A program made the translations under genes and the position numbers. Shown here piece after piece: positions 34,463 through 47,000 of a DNA stretch of 64,000 nt. Position 1 is the stretch's first letter, and every line of letters starts with the position of its first letter. Source of the DNA: Anthoceros angustus (lineage: Eukaryota > Plantae > Anthocerotophyta); NCBI GenBank assembly GCA_010909165.1, contig MU008161.1, forward strand, positions 1,426,001-1,490,000. Direction: 5' to 3'. The notes under the pieces were generated by a model that was not told where the DNA came from, made no database searches, and saw only the letters and a program-made list of their open reading frames with translations.

Positions 34463-36747
34463 AACATCATAATTTTTGAAGGGGGTGAATAATCTCGAAG
34501 GGGGTTTTCCGTAAATAATCTCTGAAGGGGGTTTTTGATGGGCCCTAAAATGGTTTTTAAGGCATTCGAAAACATCTCCAAAAAGGTGTCACCCACTAAA
34601 GTTCCTACTTTCCATCCAAAGAATGTTTGGAATGGTGGTTGCAAACTCGAACCTATGGGATTAATGCAAAGTAGGAACGGTAAGGAAGGCCGTTCCTGCC
34701 GAGAAGAGATGACTGTAAATTCAGTTTTGGGAGGAAAATGTGGTTTAGTAAGGACACAACAAAAGCCACGGACAGGGTATTTCCAAAACACGGTAACATG
34801 GAATCCGGACGTACAACATTCACTGGGACCCGGGACAAAGCGTGATTTCGGTTTCACTCATCACCAGAGTTCAATCCTTCGTCATCACTGGGTCCAGCTT
34901 CTCCAGCATTGTCATCACTATCTTCAGTGACACTTTGACTCGCAGGCTGCATGAAGCAGCGCAACTCGCAGAGCTTATCCCTTATCGCTTTTTTGTCCAC
35001 CGCATACACATGTTTCCGTGTGTTCAACACAAACCCACAATGTAGGATGGCTGTTTCATTCAAAAACACCTCCTGTATGTTTTTTGGATAATGGGCCTTA
35101 TTCCCTTTTTTCCTTGGCATCAAACCAGATGGGTTGGCACTCTGACGGACTATGTATTCCTACACATATCTCCCTTCGTACGCATATGTGTGCTCGGTCC
35201 GATACCAGTGGATAAGAAAGTGAGGTCGTAGTGCATCTAGACTCTCCCCAATCCAGAATGGCCTGTTATGTGTGTCCATAGTGCACGGCACTGCCAGAAA
35301 CATCCCCTTCAAGATTTCCATTATGTCCCCATTCATTCGCGCCATTCCCACTGTTGCCTTCCGGCATTTTGATATGCCCCCAAGTACATATCACGCCGTG
35401 GGAGGTCCCTCAATAATGCCTCATCTAGCAAAGCTTCATCCGCACTTGAAGTGGTCAGGCTGTATGATCCACTTCTGCACGTGAAAACCACTTCCAAGGA
35501 CGTAGCACTAGCCCAATGTTATTCTCCACAATGATAGCAATCTCCTTCTGGTCCACCCAAAAGGCTTCCCACCACTTGTACTCTTCAGCAGTCACCTATG
35601 GACGCAAATCTTTTAACCCTTCCTGCAAATGGGCCACACCTTCCGTCGATGATAGGATACCTGTCATTCCCTTCTTGTCCCCTCCCTAGCTCCACCCGCA
35701 TGCACGTAGGATGGTGCTAAGGGCGCCACCGACCGGCGCCTCCCTAGCACACGCCCATGGGCCGGCCGGCCTCCCTAGCACACGCCCATGGGCCGGCCGG
35801 CCGCCCCAACACGCCCGCCGCCCATGGGCGCCGGCCGGCCGCCCCAACACGCCTGCCCATGGCGCCGGCCGGCCGCCCCAACACGCCATGCCCCGCCATG
35901 GGCGCCGGCCGCCCGCCATGGGCTCCTCATAGGCTGTCTTCAAGAAAATGAATATTTAGCGCCTCTATAATCCCGTTGGTCAAGTGCTTGGGAAAAAAGA
36001 GTAGTAATGAATGGATTCCGTGTTCGAAACCTGTATCTTTTGAATAACTCAACTTTGTTGATTTTAAGGATGCTTGCATGGGCGCATGGGCAGCTAACTT
36101 TGTTCATTTTAAGGACGCTGGCATTGCCTTAAAGCCCAAGTGGTTGCATTGAGTGCGGAAGGTTGAAGACCACTGGCGACCTTTTGGATGAGTTGACCCT
36201 AGATCTTTGTGTGGCGGTCGATCGTCCGGGGGCCCAAGAATGATACTATTGAAGGCGAGCAAGCAATGGAGGAGATGACAACTTTGAGGCGGAGGATATG
36301 GACCGCCTCGAATATGGCGGTGGTACTTGACTCGATTTGGCGCAAGGCATGGATGAGTTGCCAGCCGCACTCTTGAATGACTATTGTCGATCTTGATGAC
36401 CACTTCCTCCTTTAGCGATTGTTTGTTGCAATGTTCTCACGACCATTGAAATGAGACTCCCGCTAGTACAGGATTGTTTTCATTGTGTTCCACCACTTGA
36501 AGTAAAAGTTTTCGGTTGTAATAAACATATGAAAATGGCAGCCTCTATGCATTCTATAAAACGCAGACGGGCCCACACCCTCATGCTCCAGTTCTCGGTG
36601 TAGACTTGAAAGTCGTCTTTTATCAAAGGTATGACCTCGAAAGGGTGTGCATTATCAAAGTAGGCGGATATCTCTGCGAGGAAGTGTACAAGGGGGTCTG
36701 TCTCGAGAAGGGTTACTATATTCCCTCCCTTCAAAAATTATCATGTT
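34463..36747. mobile_element. TIR DNA transposon (non-autonomous, superfamily unassigned) inserted in Copia RNaseH
   Basis: TIRs AACAT(C/G)ATAATTTTTGAAGGG..GAATA at both ends; 4-bp TSD GACA (34459-34462, 36748-36751); removal restores the Copia frame ETRHVKLEY. Confidence 0.85.
35735..35925. repeat. GC-rich minisatellite with CCCATGGG / GCCGGCCGGC palindromic cores
   Basis: Repeated ACACGCCCATGGGCCGGCCGGCC-like units inside the TIR element. Confidence 0.8.
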
Positions 36748-39131
36748 GACATGTCTAGTCTCTACAGCATGCCGAATGAAATGATAATGCACCTCTATAT
36801 GTTTGGTACGTGCATGGAAGACTGGGTTTTGAGCTAGGGTAGATGACAGTAGGCTCATGCTGCTTTTGCATAATTACCTTCCCCACTCAGCCTCTTTAGA
36901 GGCTTCAGTGAGTGCCTTATATTCGGACTCTGTTGAAGACAATGAAAGGCTGCTTGCTTACGGCAAGACCAATTCATTATTGTAGAACCAGCAAGAAAAC
37001 AATAAGCAGAGATACTCTTACAGGTATCAATATATGAAGCCAAATCTGCATCAACAATTAAAGCATGTGAGCAAGAGGTGATGATTCCCTGATGGTTTAT
37101 AGCATAGGCCAAAACTTGTTGTACCCTTAAGATAACGCATCATACACTTAAGAGCCACCCAATGATCTCTGCCTGGATTTTCATAGAACTGAGCAATAGC
37201 ATTGATTGTGTTAGCAATATCAGGTCTCGTCTGATTATTTAGGAACATAAGTGTACCTACTACCATGCGGTAGGGTATATCTTCCATGTCCTTTTTGTCT
37301 TGTTTAGATTGAGGACATGAGGCAGAGGAAAGCTTCACACCAACCGCACCGGGAGTGGCAATAGCTCGTGCTTTCTCCATGTTGAACCATTTGAGCATAC
37401 CAACCACATATCTACCTTGATGTAAATAAATAGCTCAAGTGCTATCTCTATGTACATGCATGCCAAGAATATACTTAACCTTGCCAAAGTCCTTCATCTC
37501 AAATTCCTTGCTAAGATCAGCCTTGATCGTGTTTACAAGTTCAACATTATTCCCTGGAATGACTAAGTCATCCACATAAAGTGCAACCAGTACAAATGAG
37601 CTATCTCGACGCAGCACATAGATGTTAGTGCCAGCTTTATTTTGAACAAAGCCAATCTGTTGAAGATTATCTATCCTTTCATACCATAGTCATAGACTTC
37701 GCTTAAGTCCATAGATGGAGCGGTTTAACTTACAGACTTTGTGAGGAAACCGTTTATCTTCATAGTCTTCAGGTTGATCCATGTAGATCTCTTCTTGGAG
37801 ATGACCATAAAGAAAGGCTGTGCAGACGTCTAGCTGGTAGATCTCTAGATTAAGTTCTGCACACAGTGCTAGCAGCATCCTTACGGAAGCAGCTTTAACG
37901 ACGAGTGAGTAGACCTTATCCCCTTGATAGTCCACTCCCTCTTTCAAGCTATAACCCTTAGCCACTAGCCTAGCCTTATATCTCTACTTCATGAAACTTA
38001 GTTTTAAGATCCCATTTACACTTGACAGTAGTTCTACCCTTAGGCAAGTTGACCAAAGTCCAAGTGTTGTTCTTGATTAACGAGTTGTACTCATCATCCA
38101 CAGCCAATTTTCACTTGGCCGCCTCGGGTATGGAATAAGCCTCTTGAATGGTTAAGGGATCTCTCTCTGCAACAGCATCACTTAAAGCAAAGAGAGCATC
38201 CGAAGAACCCTCATAAGCTAGACCAACTTGGTGGTTAAATTTAATGTCAAAGAGAAGGTTCTTCCAGAGGTGTCTGGGCTGGCGGTCGTAGGCATAGCAA
38301 AGTCTAGACCACGAGGTTCAGAATCACCTTTATCCACGGGCAAAGCCGTTGGCACATCCTCGTGGGCTTTCTCCATTTCCCCCGCTCGAGCAGGAACAGG
38401 GGGCACAGGGGCGGGCCCCGCAAGGGGACCAACAACCGGTGGCACTAGACGTGCTGGAGGGAGAGGAGCCATAGGAGCCACAGGGGGACCAGCATCGGGA
38501 AAGGTGAAAGGGTGAACAAGAGGGACAAGGGAAAAAACACCACGCGAGCGAGGAGTGCTCGAGCAAGAAGAAGCACCATTAGGAGTGTCAGGAGCGACCT
38601 CGAGGGCCGTCGCAAGAGCAGGCACTATCTTAGCCTCATCAAAGGTGACAGTACGTGCGTAAACAGGAGTTCGGGTAGCCAAGTCCACTAATTTGTAGGC
38701 CTTGCGATCATCGCCATAGCCAACGAAAACCAACTTCCGAGCACGAGCATCAAGCTTGTCGCAGAGCTGTGAATAGGCAGGGCAACCAAATACACACAAG
38801 TGTGAAATAAGGGGCTTGGTACCATGCTAGCACTCATAAGGTCTATGGCCAATAACCGACTTCGTGAGCACCTGATTCTTGATATAAGCAACAATAGACA
38901 TGGCCTCCGCCCAAAAGGACTTGGGCAGCTGGGATTGGGCCAACATTGCACGAGCTATGGACATGAGATCGCCATTGGCCTTCTCAGCCACGCCATTTTG
39001 TTCAGATATGTAGGGCACCGTGAACTGCCGCAATACTCCGGTCGTATCACTCTGCTTGTAAATATTGCAGGCCCATGAGTCGCATCTACACCGAGCAAGA
39101 CATCGTAGGTCCTTGTATTCATGACAAGACA

Positions 39132-40020
39132 CTAAACTTCAACCACACACGCATCTAGTGTACCTGGCTTCAAGTCAATTTTTACAGGCTCCTTGGTCAT
39201 TCCCAAAACCTGTTCTCTCGTCCCTGCTGAAGTCGTAATTGTCACATCACTAAGGACTAATTTGCTGCCATACAGCTTGAGCGCCTCCTGCACTCGTGCT
39301 CCCAAGAGGACTGGATTTGTTCTGGTGTCCACATGCACCTGCTTCGGAGCTAAACCATCAAAGGTGATCTCTTGACCTACGTTGGCTACCATGGCCACTC
39401 TGCCTTGTCCTTTGGCACCTGGTTTCAAGTGATCCTCACACAAGCTGAGCATTCCAGCTACAAAATCACCAACACAAGTCTCTGCACGGATCCATGCCTC
39501 ATTAATTGCTTGAATTGAGGAGACTTTACTCCCAAATCGCAAAGGATCACGACGGGAATTTCCATAGCCTTGTCCAACAGCAACTCTGTGCTCTACAACT
39601 GCTTACCCGTATATGTGCTCACGATGTCACCATCCAGCTGTCTAAATGACATTGGCATTCTTGCTAGTCATGCAGCTCTGCCACCTTCCGAGTGATCCCT
39701 GCACCGAGATATCAATTGTGGCTTAGCTTTCTTCCGCGTCTCAAATGTCCTCCTAGCTGCTAAGGCATACAACTTCTCCTCAGAGCTAGAATCCGCCTTG
39801 GGTGCTCATCAGAGTGCACATTCATGCTTCGAGCCAGCTCTTTCTGCAGTTGTTGGACCTAGCTCATGAGCGCCTTGCTTGTAGGTCTGCCCTTTGTCTT
39901 CGACTTCTCTGCATCCCTAGTAGACTTCTTTGGACGAAACTCTGGATGAGCTTGCCAACAGACCACCTCGATATGACCCCATCTGTTGCACACCTTGCAA
40001 TTCTCCTTGCCCTTCGATGC
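39132..40020 (-). mobile_element. Gag zinc knuckle and aspartic-protease-like remnant of a Gypsy-like retroelement
   Basis: KENCKVCNRWGHIEVVCW (CX2CX4HX4C) near 39950-40010, and PKQVHVDTRTNPVLL (degenerate D-T-G protease motif) in ORF 39132-39542. Confidence 0.7.
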
Positions 40021-40479
40021 TCCAAGCCTAATCTAAACCATATTACCGGAAAATATATTTTTATTGAACTCCATCATTTCCTTAGAAACTCTCCTACTAT
40101 CGTACCCCAAAGGGTGATTCGGCTTTAATTAATTAAAATTAAGAAAATTTGAAAATCCAGAAATTATTATACTTAAAACACCCAATATGTAAAAATTTAC
40201 AAATTTAAGATGCTGAAAACAAGGAAATAGAGTTTGTGTGGAAAATTAGGGCCTATTTAAGGGAGCTCTATCTTTATCTATTAATTTTGTATAGATAACT
40301 ATGTATTCTAATCAATGTTGAAATTTGATAAATTTATTTTTTCATAAATTTTGAAATTTTAAAAAATATAAATATTTATGTTGAACCTTACGTTTTCAAA
40401 AAAATAATTATTTCGGCATTACCCTGTTGAACCACCCCTCGGGGTACGGTACTTCAAAGAAGAAGAAGTATATTAAAAA

Positions 40480-41540
40480 GACCCTTAAGATGAAGACAAA
40501 AAAACCTTTGAAGTATTATTTCATATTACACATTACACGTCGGGTTTCTTATAAAATCGTGTACTATAGTTTAGAGTGAAAATCAATTTACCATTGAAGT
40601 TTATAAAAAAATTAAATTATTAATCCATTTGATGCAAAAAGTAATAATTTGATAAGAGGTTGTGTCAAAAGGTACTCCAATGGGCCTATGTAATTTGATT
40701 CTCGTGTTGGAACATCTTGACGCTTCCCGCGAATCCATTTTCTAACACAAGACAGAGAATCACACAAGCCCACTTCGACCTCGTGACCGGCTAGCAGATA
40801 GCTTTACATCCACACCACTAAACCATTGGTCTTTAGTGGAACTTGAAGGTTTAGATATTCTATTAGTATTTAAAGTTTGTTCAACTCTTTACATAATCTG
40901 AACCATATTCCACAAAGAAATATTTTTGTCGAACCTCCATGATTTACTTAGAGAATCTCCTACTTTTTTAAACAAGGCCATTGACTTGGAAGATGGAGAA
41001 AGTATATAACACCCTTAGGATGAAGACATAAACTCCTGAGATATTATTTCATGTTACACATTACACGTTGGGTCTCTTATAAAATAGTATTCTATAGTTT
41101 TGGTTAAAAATTAAGTTACAATTGAAGTTTATAAAAAAATTGAATTATTAATCTATTTGATGCAAAAAATAATAATTTGACAAGAGGTTGTTTCAAAAGG
41201 TACTCCAATGGGCCTAGGTAATCCGATTCTCGTGTTGGAACATCCTGACGCTTCCCGCGAATCCATTTTCTAACACAAGACAGAGAATCACACAAGCCCA
41301 CTTCGACCTCGTGACCGGCTAGCATATAACTTTACATCCACACCACTAAACCATTGGTCATATAACTTTACATCCACACCACTAAACCATTGGTCATATA
41401 ACTTTACATCCACACCACTAAACCATTGGTCATATAACTTTACATCCACACCACTAAACCATTGGTCTTTCGTTGAACTTGAAGGTTTAGATACTCTATT
41501 AGTATTTATATTTTGTTCAACTCTTTACATAATCTGAACA
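40480..41540. repeat. AT-rich ~520-bp tandem repeat units including a 4 x 36-bp internal array (41323-41467); homologous copy at 60776-61075
   Basis: Shared blocks such as ATTACACATTACACG, GGTACTCCAATGGGCCTA, CACAAGACAGAGAATCACACAAGCCCACTTCGACCTCG and TAAACCATTGGTCTTT recur. Confidence 0.85.
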
Positions 41541-41559
41541 GAAAAAGAAGACTTTATTA

Positions 41560-44090
41560 TAAAAATGAGATGGGAAAAACCCATCCACCCCAATAAGAAA
41601 GGGGGAAAAACCCAACGAAGAGCACCATGCCATGGGGAATAGCCCCCACTATCACGCATTTCAAAACTACCAATCGCCCGAAGAACTTCGTGGTCAGGGA
41701 TGTGAAAAGGCCTACTTACCACCGGTGTCAAGAAGTCGTGATCTCGCCATCCCGTTCTATACAATCGCTAGCCAATGCCCTCTGCAGAGCGATGGAAACC
41801 CTCTGTCAAAAGAAAGCAACAGTACAAGAAAGGGGGAGGCCAACCCCATTCCCGCGGCTATGATAAGCCTTGGCGAAGGCCTTGACGAACCTAGAGAAAT
41901 CCTTGCCCAAGGCTTCGTGAGTCTCAATGGCAAGGGGCACGAAGGCGTGGTCGTCCTGCATAAGAGAGTACTTGTGGACCTTGGCTGTCGCGCATCCCTC
42001 CGCTGCCCAACCTGGAGGGTTAAACTCTCCCGGGTGGGATCAGGTACAACCACATCAGCAACCAAAACCTGATCCCCCTAGGTCAAAAATAGGTATGCCC
42101 TAAGCGAAACCCCATTGAGCAAGGTGTAAGGGCGCTCCCTAAATGGAAGGAACCTGCCTTCCCTGGCAATAGAGAACGTGACGTCCCGGACGGCATCATG
42201 TGTAGCGATACGCTGCCCACCCGCGGGACAGTGAGCCAAGTGCATCCCAAAGTCATCGAGAGGGGCCCCGCAACTAGAAGTTGAAAGAGAGCAAGCCAGA
42301 GGATGGACCAAGCTGCCGGTGAAAACGACAGCGTGGAAAAAGTTGTCTGATGCGATGGGGCGCTGAATACTAGGTCGAGCCGAAGCAGGCGAACCCCCCT
42401 TCCTCCCGAGCAAGAGCGAGACGAGCCCGAGTGGGCCTAGAATGGAGGAATCCTGAGGAGGGCCAATTGCGCCCGCCCATATAGTTTCTCCAGGAGGGAC
42501 GCATGAAGCCCCTGGAGCCCAACCTCGGAAAGCGAGGAAAAGACGCAGATGAGCCCTCGCGAGAGGATAAAGAGTCCCGGCTAATCTTAGTGAGGCTGCA
42601 TGGAAAAAGTCCCTTCTCAACGCCCGCGATAAAAGCCTGTGATATGTGAATGCCGAATTAAGAAACCAAGGACAAGATGGGGCGAGAGAGCCCGCCCCTA
42701 CAAAAGACTGAAGGCGAGGCCTCTGTGGCCGAAACTGCTGCCCCAAAAGCGATGGGAAGGAATGTCTGCCACTTCGCAAGATCCCCAGCCGCACACTCAA
42801 AGGTGCCTAGGCCAATGATGTCACCTAAAACCTGCATAAGCCGCTTGTTGAAATTCCTTAGGCTAGACAAGAAACCGGGAGGGGCAACTGCTCGAGAAGG
42901 TGCCACAGAGTAGCAAACAAAAGGAGAGGATCCCAAACGCCACTTGCGGGTCTCCCAGTTGAGAAAGGTCGTCGATGTGCGTCAAATCCTCAGCCAAAGC
43001 CGCGTCCACATAATCTTGGGTGAAGGCAGGAGGCCCAATCGAGACACCAAGAACCCGAAGCCCCGGCAGAGAAGCAATATGCCCTTTCGGGTACTGGAGA
43101 AAAGTCACAACGCCAAAGGGAGACCAAACCTTGCATTTGATGATTTTGACCTTCAAACCAAGGCGGGAGAGCTCTAAAGCGAAAAAATCAAAAGCCACTT
43201 TAACCTTGTCTCCAGGCCCGAGGATATGGGTATTGTCGGCCACAGACAGATACAAACATTCCCACACCGAAGAGACAATAGAACACAAAGCCCTGAAATG
43301 CGCCATGGCAAAGAGAGCACCTCTCAGAGGGTCACCTTGCCTAGTGCCCGTGGCCAAGCTCAACACAGAAATCTCTTCCACCAAGGGGCCATGCTGATAA
43401 TAGAGGTTGGAAGGAGACCCATAAAAGGAGCGGACAAAGGGAATAAGGCTGGCCAACTGCCCACCTGCGTTCTTGAGCTCGTCGATAATGGCCGACCATG
43501 AGACAGAGTTGAAGACATTATCCACATCGACCTGAAGAGCAACCCAATAAGGGTGGGTCTCGAGAACCACCTCCACACCAAAAGCCACAGACTCCTAGCC
43601 CCTTGGCGTAGCAATCCCAAACTGATGAGGACTAAGATGGGCCTGGAACTGCTCCCGGAGCTGGATGGCAAATAAGCCGCAGGAACGCCTCCCCGACAGC
43701 GATAGGACGCACCCTTGGGGTGAGCTTCTCCATCGCCAATAACCTGCTCGCACCCATCACTTGGGAGATCCGAGGAGGAGTCTCCCCCCTCGCCACAGCA
43801 GCAACCAGAAGAAACAGCTTGGAAAAACTGCTAGAAGGATCCTTACGAGTAGAATGGTTTCGAAGATGGTCATAGAACGTTCCAAACAGGCCACCCGAAG
43901 AGAGGCGCGGGGCAGTGGTTAAGGCTCGACAGAAGATGGCCCTGTCAAGACAGAAGAGCTCCTCCGAGACAAAGTCCCGAATATCCTGCGAAGGAGCTCT
44001 TTGTGCCCGGATGAAGGGCGCGAAGAGTAGCAATGGTCTCCTTAGCCTCCTTAACTCAAGAAGTGATGAGAATCTCCAGAAGAGCACGCA
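41560..44090 (-). mobile_element. Degenerate non-LTR retrotransposon with RT plus restriction-like endonuclease (CRE/R2-type architecture)
   Basis: RPIAVGEAFLRLI, QFG, LQVDVDNVFNSVS, GTRQGDPL, VADNTHILG, then HLAHCPAGGQRIATHDAVRD (CCHC/RH motif) and VADVVVPDP (RLE region). Confidence 0.8.
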
Positions 44091-47000
44091 CCTTAGCCTC
44101 TTCAACCCAATAAGTGGTAAGAATCTCCAGACAAAAGCTATAAATCTTAGCATAAATGGACTCCACACTAATAAATCGATAGTTAGAAAGGAGGTAAGGA
44201 TCACCAGCCTTCAAAATTGAATGAATATCATTCTCACACCAGCTACAGAAATCCATGGGGGAGAGCATCATTGAAAATGGAAGCAAGGTGAGACGAGAGT
44301 GAGACAAGGTCAGCATAATGAAAGAGGTCTCCAAGGATGCCAGCAGAATCCATAGCAGTCCCACTCCGAAGCTTCTTTATGTCTCTGGCCACGAGATCTG
44401 GCGAAAAAAACCTTAGACTAGGATAAGAAGACTTAGGAGCGAGGATAGCAGAGGGGATATGGTAAAGTCCATCAATTAAGGAAAGAAGTTCGGGATTAGC
44501 TTTGAGAAGAATGGGGGACCTAGCGTGGAATTCCTTCCAGAAGGCGAGCCACCAGGAGACGTCTACAAGGGGGCGCTGAGACAGTTGTTTTCGGTTTGGA
44601 AGAACTGAGCCTTTTTCATGGAGAGGAATGTAAGGCTTTATAGTAGCTTTATTGAGAGGAGATGGCGAGACAGGGTAGAAGTTGGAGTTGGCGGAGGGTC
44701 TGGTGCAATTGGGAGCGCATGCGTTAACAATCGGCGTCAAACCAAGGATGGCGGGGAGCAGTTTTTGTGGGATGGAGGGAGGTTGAATTTGAATAGAAAG
44801 GTAAACCTGGCGGAGGAAAGAATAGCCGAGGAAGAGGCGGAGGCCATAGAGAGGAAGGGAAGGTTTTAAGGAATGAAGGCGAGGGAGACTTTGAGCAGGC
44901 GAGAATATTGAGAGGCTTGTACATGGGAAAGGCGGAAGTGGGTGGTGATAGAGAGTGGGGGAGAGGGAGGTGCAGAGGTAGGCAAGGCACGAAGCTGAAA
45001 GCAATCAGCCACATGGTAAGATTCAATGCGGACATCGTCATTAGTCCGCAAGTTAGAGATGCGGGAAAGAAGTTGAGCATCTCCAATAATATAATCCAGC
45101 CTGCTAGAATTATGACCATCGCCGGAAAAGAAAGAATTTCTGCAATCGTCCGGCCAGCGTGGTAGCCTACTGAAGATGAGGAGATTGTGAGCCTCAACAA
45201 GCTGTAATAAGGCAGAGCCATAGGCATTGAGATCATGGGTGTCATCAGAAAACCTGTTGAGCCCAAAATTCTGTGGGTCCAATGGGAATAATTTGTCAGA
45301 GTCCATAGAATCATAAATAGAAGCTTGCTGGCAACTAGTCCGAGCATTGAAATCGCCAATAGAAGAAAACTCAGACATAGATTCGGAGAGGTCGACATGT
45401 GGGTCGACACCGTTTGCAGCATATTTGGAGGACCGAGAAGCAAAATAACAAACAACCACATAAGGTCACGCACTGAAGACAGAAGGGAGGCGGAAATCTT
45501 GACCCATAGAAGGGTGCTTTGCACATCAATCCTGACCAAAGAGATAAAGGAAGCCAAGGACTCACGGAGATAGCAGGCGATACCTCCAAAGGCCTTGTCC
45601 CGAGTTACTGGAGGAAAGACATTGAAAACCTAGAAAAGAAGGCATAGAGCGGGTATGGTGCTCATGGGTTTCCACCAAGAAGACGATGCCATGGCTCGTA
45701 GGAGGCGAATTCCACCCTTGAGAAAATAGAACCATTGCACCGAGGAGGCAGGCGGTACACAACAATACGGGCCTCGTTTTCCTATGGAGGAGGCCGGCCT
45801 TGCACAATGTCCCTAATAATCAGTTTGTCATCAATGAAATACGCCACTCGTCTTTCCAATTTTGCCTGCTTGCATACCCTACTAGAAAAGGCAGCCTATG
45901 TTACACTTTATGTTAAGATTTGGACCCCCGGATGTAACACTTATGTTGCAATTTTGGGGTCATGTAACACACAGGCGCTTGTTACACTTTTGGCTTGGAA
46001 ACCAAACCGGGTGTTTGTTGCAACCATGTTGCAAGTGTGTTGCAATTTTGTTGAGATGAAGTGAGGCGCTTTTGTCCTCTCTCAAGATTGCAACACGGTT
46101 GCAACATATAAAGTGTTACAAGAAAAGTCTTGTAACACTTTTGGAGGCTTGGTACCGAACCTCCTCCCCATCTACCTTCCTCCTTTACTACATTTACCAT
46201 ATAGAATACTTGGTTTCCTTATTACCTCGTATGAATACATATAAATAAATACATGTATCGACGTAGAATCTGGTATTGGTAATATTCCATATACGATAAT
46301 TTCTATGACATACGGTTATATTTCATTTTGTATAAAACAGTTATCGACACACTTGCACGTAAATTGTACACGTCCGAGGATACTATACTTTGTATTCATC
46401 ATTCACGAAAACTACGGATACATCCATACATCCACATTTCACCCGTGCCTATTTTTGTGTATCCTGTCGCGAACCTACCTTCTCTAGCGGGCGTTACGTG
46501 CGGCTTGTCCCCATGCCCATCGGCTTCTTGCCATGGCTCGCCCACCCTTCTTATCGATTTACTACTTTGTCCTTCGCTAGGAGTTTGCTTTGCGCCGGTT
46601 GGTTCTTTCGCTCCATACAGGCGCTTCTTCATTTCTAATTTCCTACTCCTCATCGTATGCATGAGAAGGAAACCTCCTACAACCCCCATTTTGCGATTTT
46701 CTTCCTCCCTTCCTCTTGCGTTCGTCCGCGACCGCTTTTCCCCTTTCCATCGCATCCACCTCCCTTCCAGGTCTCTGCACGCGCAGTACAAACATCGCAG
46801 CATGCCCTTGATACATATGCAGCATATAGTGGTGTGCACAACGACCTTCAATTGCTTACCTTCCCCCCATCTTTTCTTATGTACCTCTTGCCCAATCGCT
46901 CCTTCCATCCTCGCTCTTTTTGTGGCGGCGCCACAGTCACCGGCCCCGCTCAGCCTCACCTCCCCGCTTTCCTCTTCGGCCTCCACCTTTTGTCACGGTG

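Larger units (their letters stand above)
33752..39100 (-). mobile_element. Ty1/Copia LTR retrotransposon remnant (integrase-RT-RNaseH, PPT, 3' LTR), 5' part lost, interrupted by a TIR element
   Basis: PYISEQNGVAEKAN, VFGCPAY...KLDARARKLVFVGY, YQLDVCTAFLYGHL, ALYVDDL, HARTKHIEVHYHFIR then KLEYITTESNAVDVLTKSL after the insertion. PPT TGAGAGGGGG is followed by a ~200-bp TG...CA LTR (~33955-33752). Confidence 0.9.
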
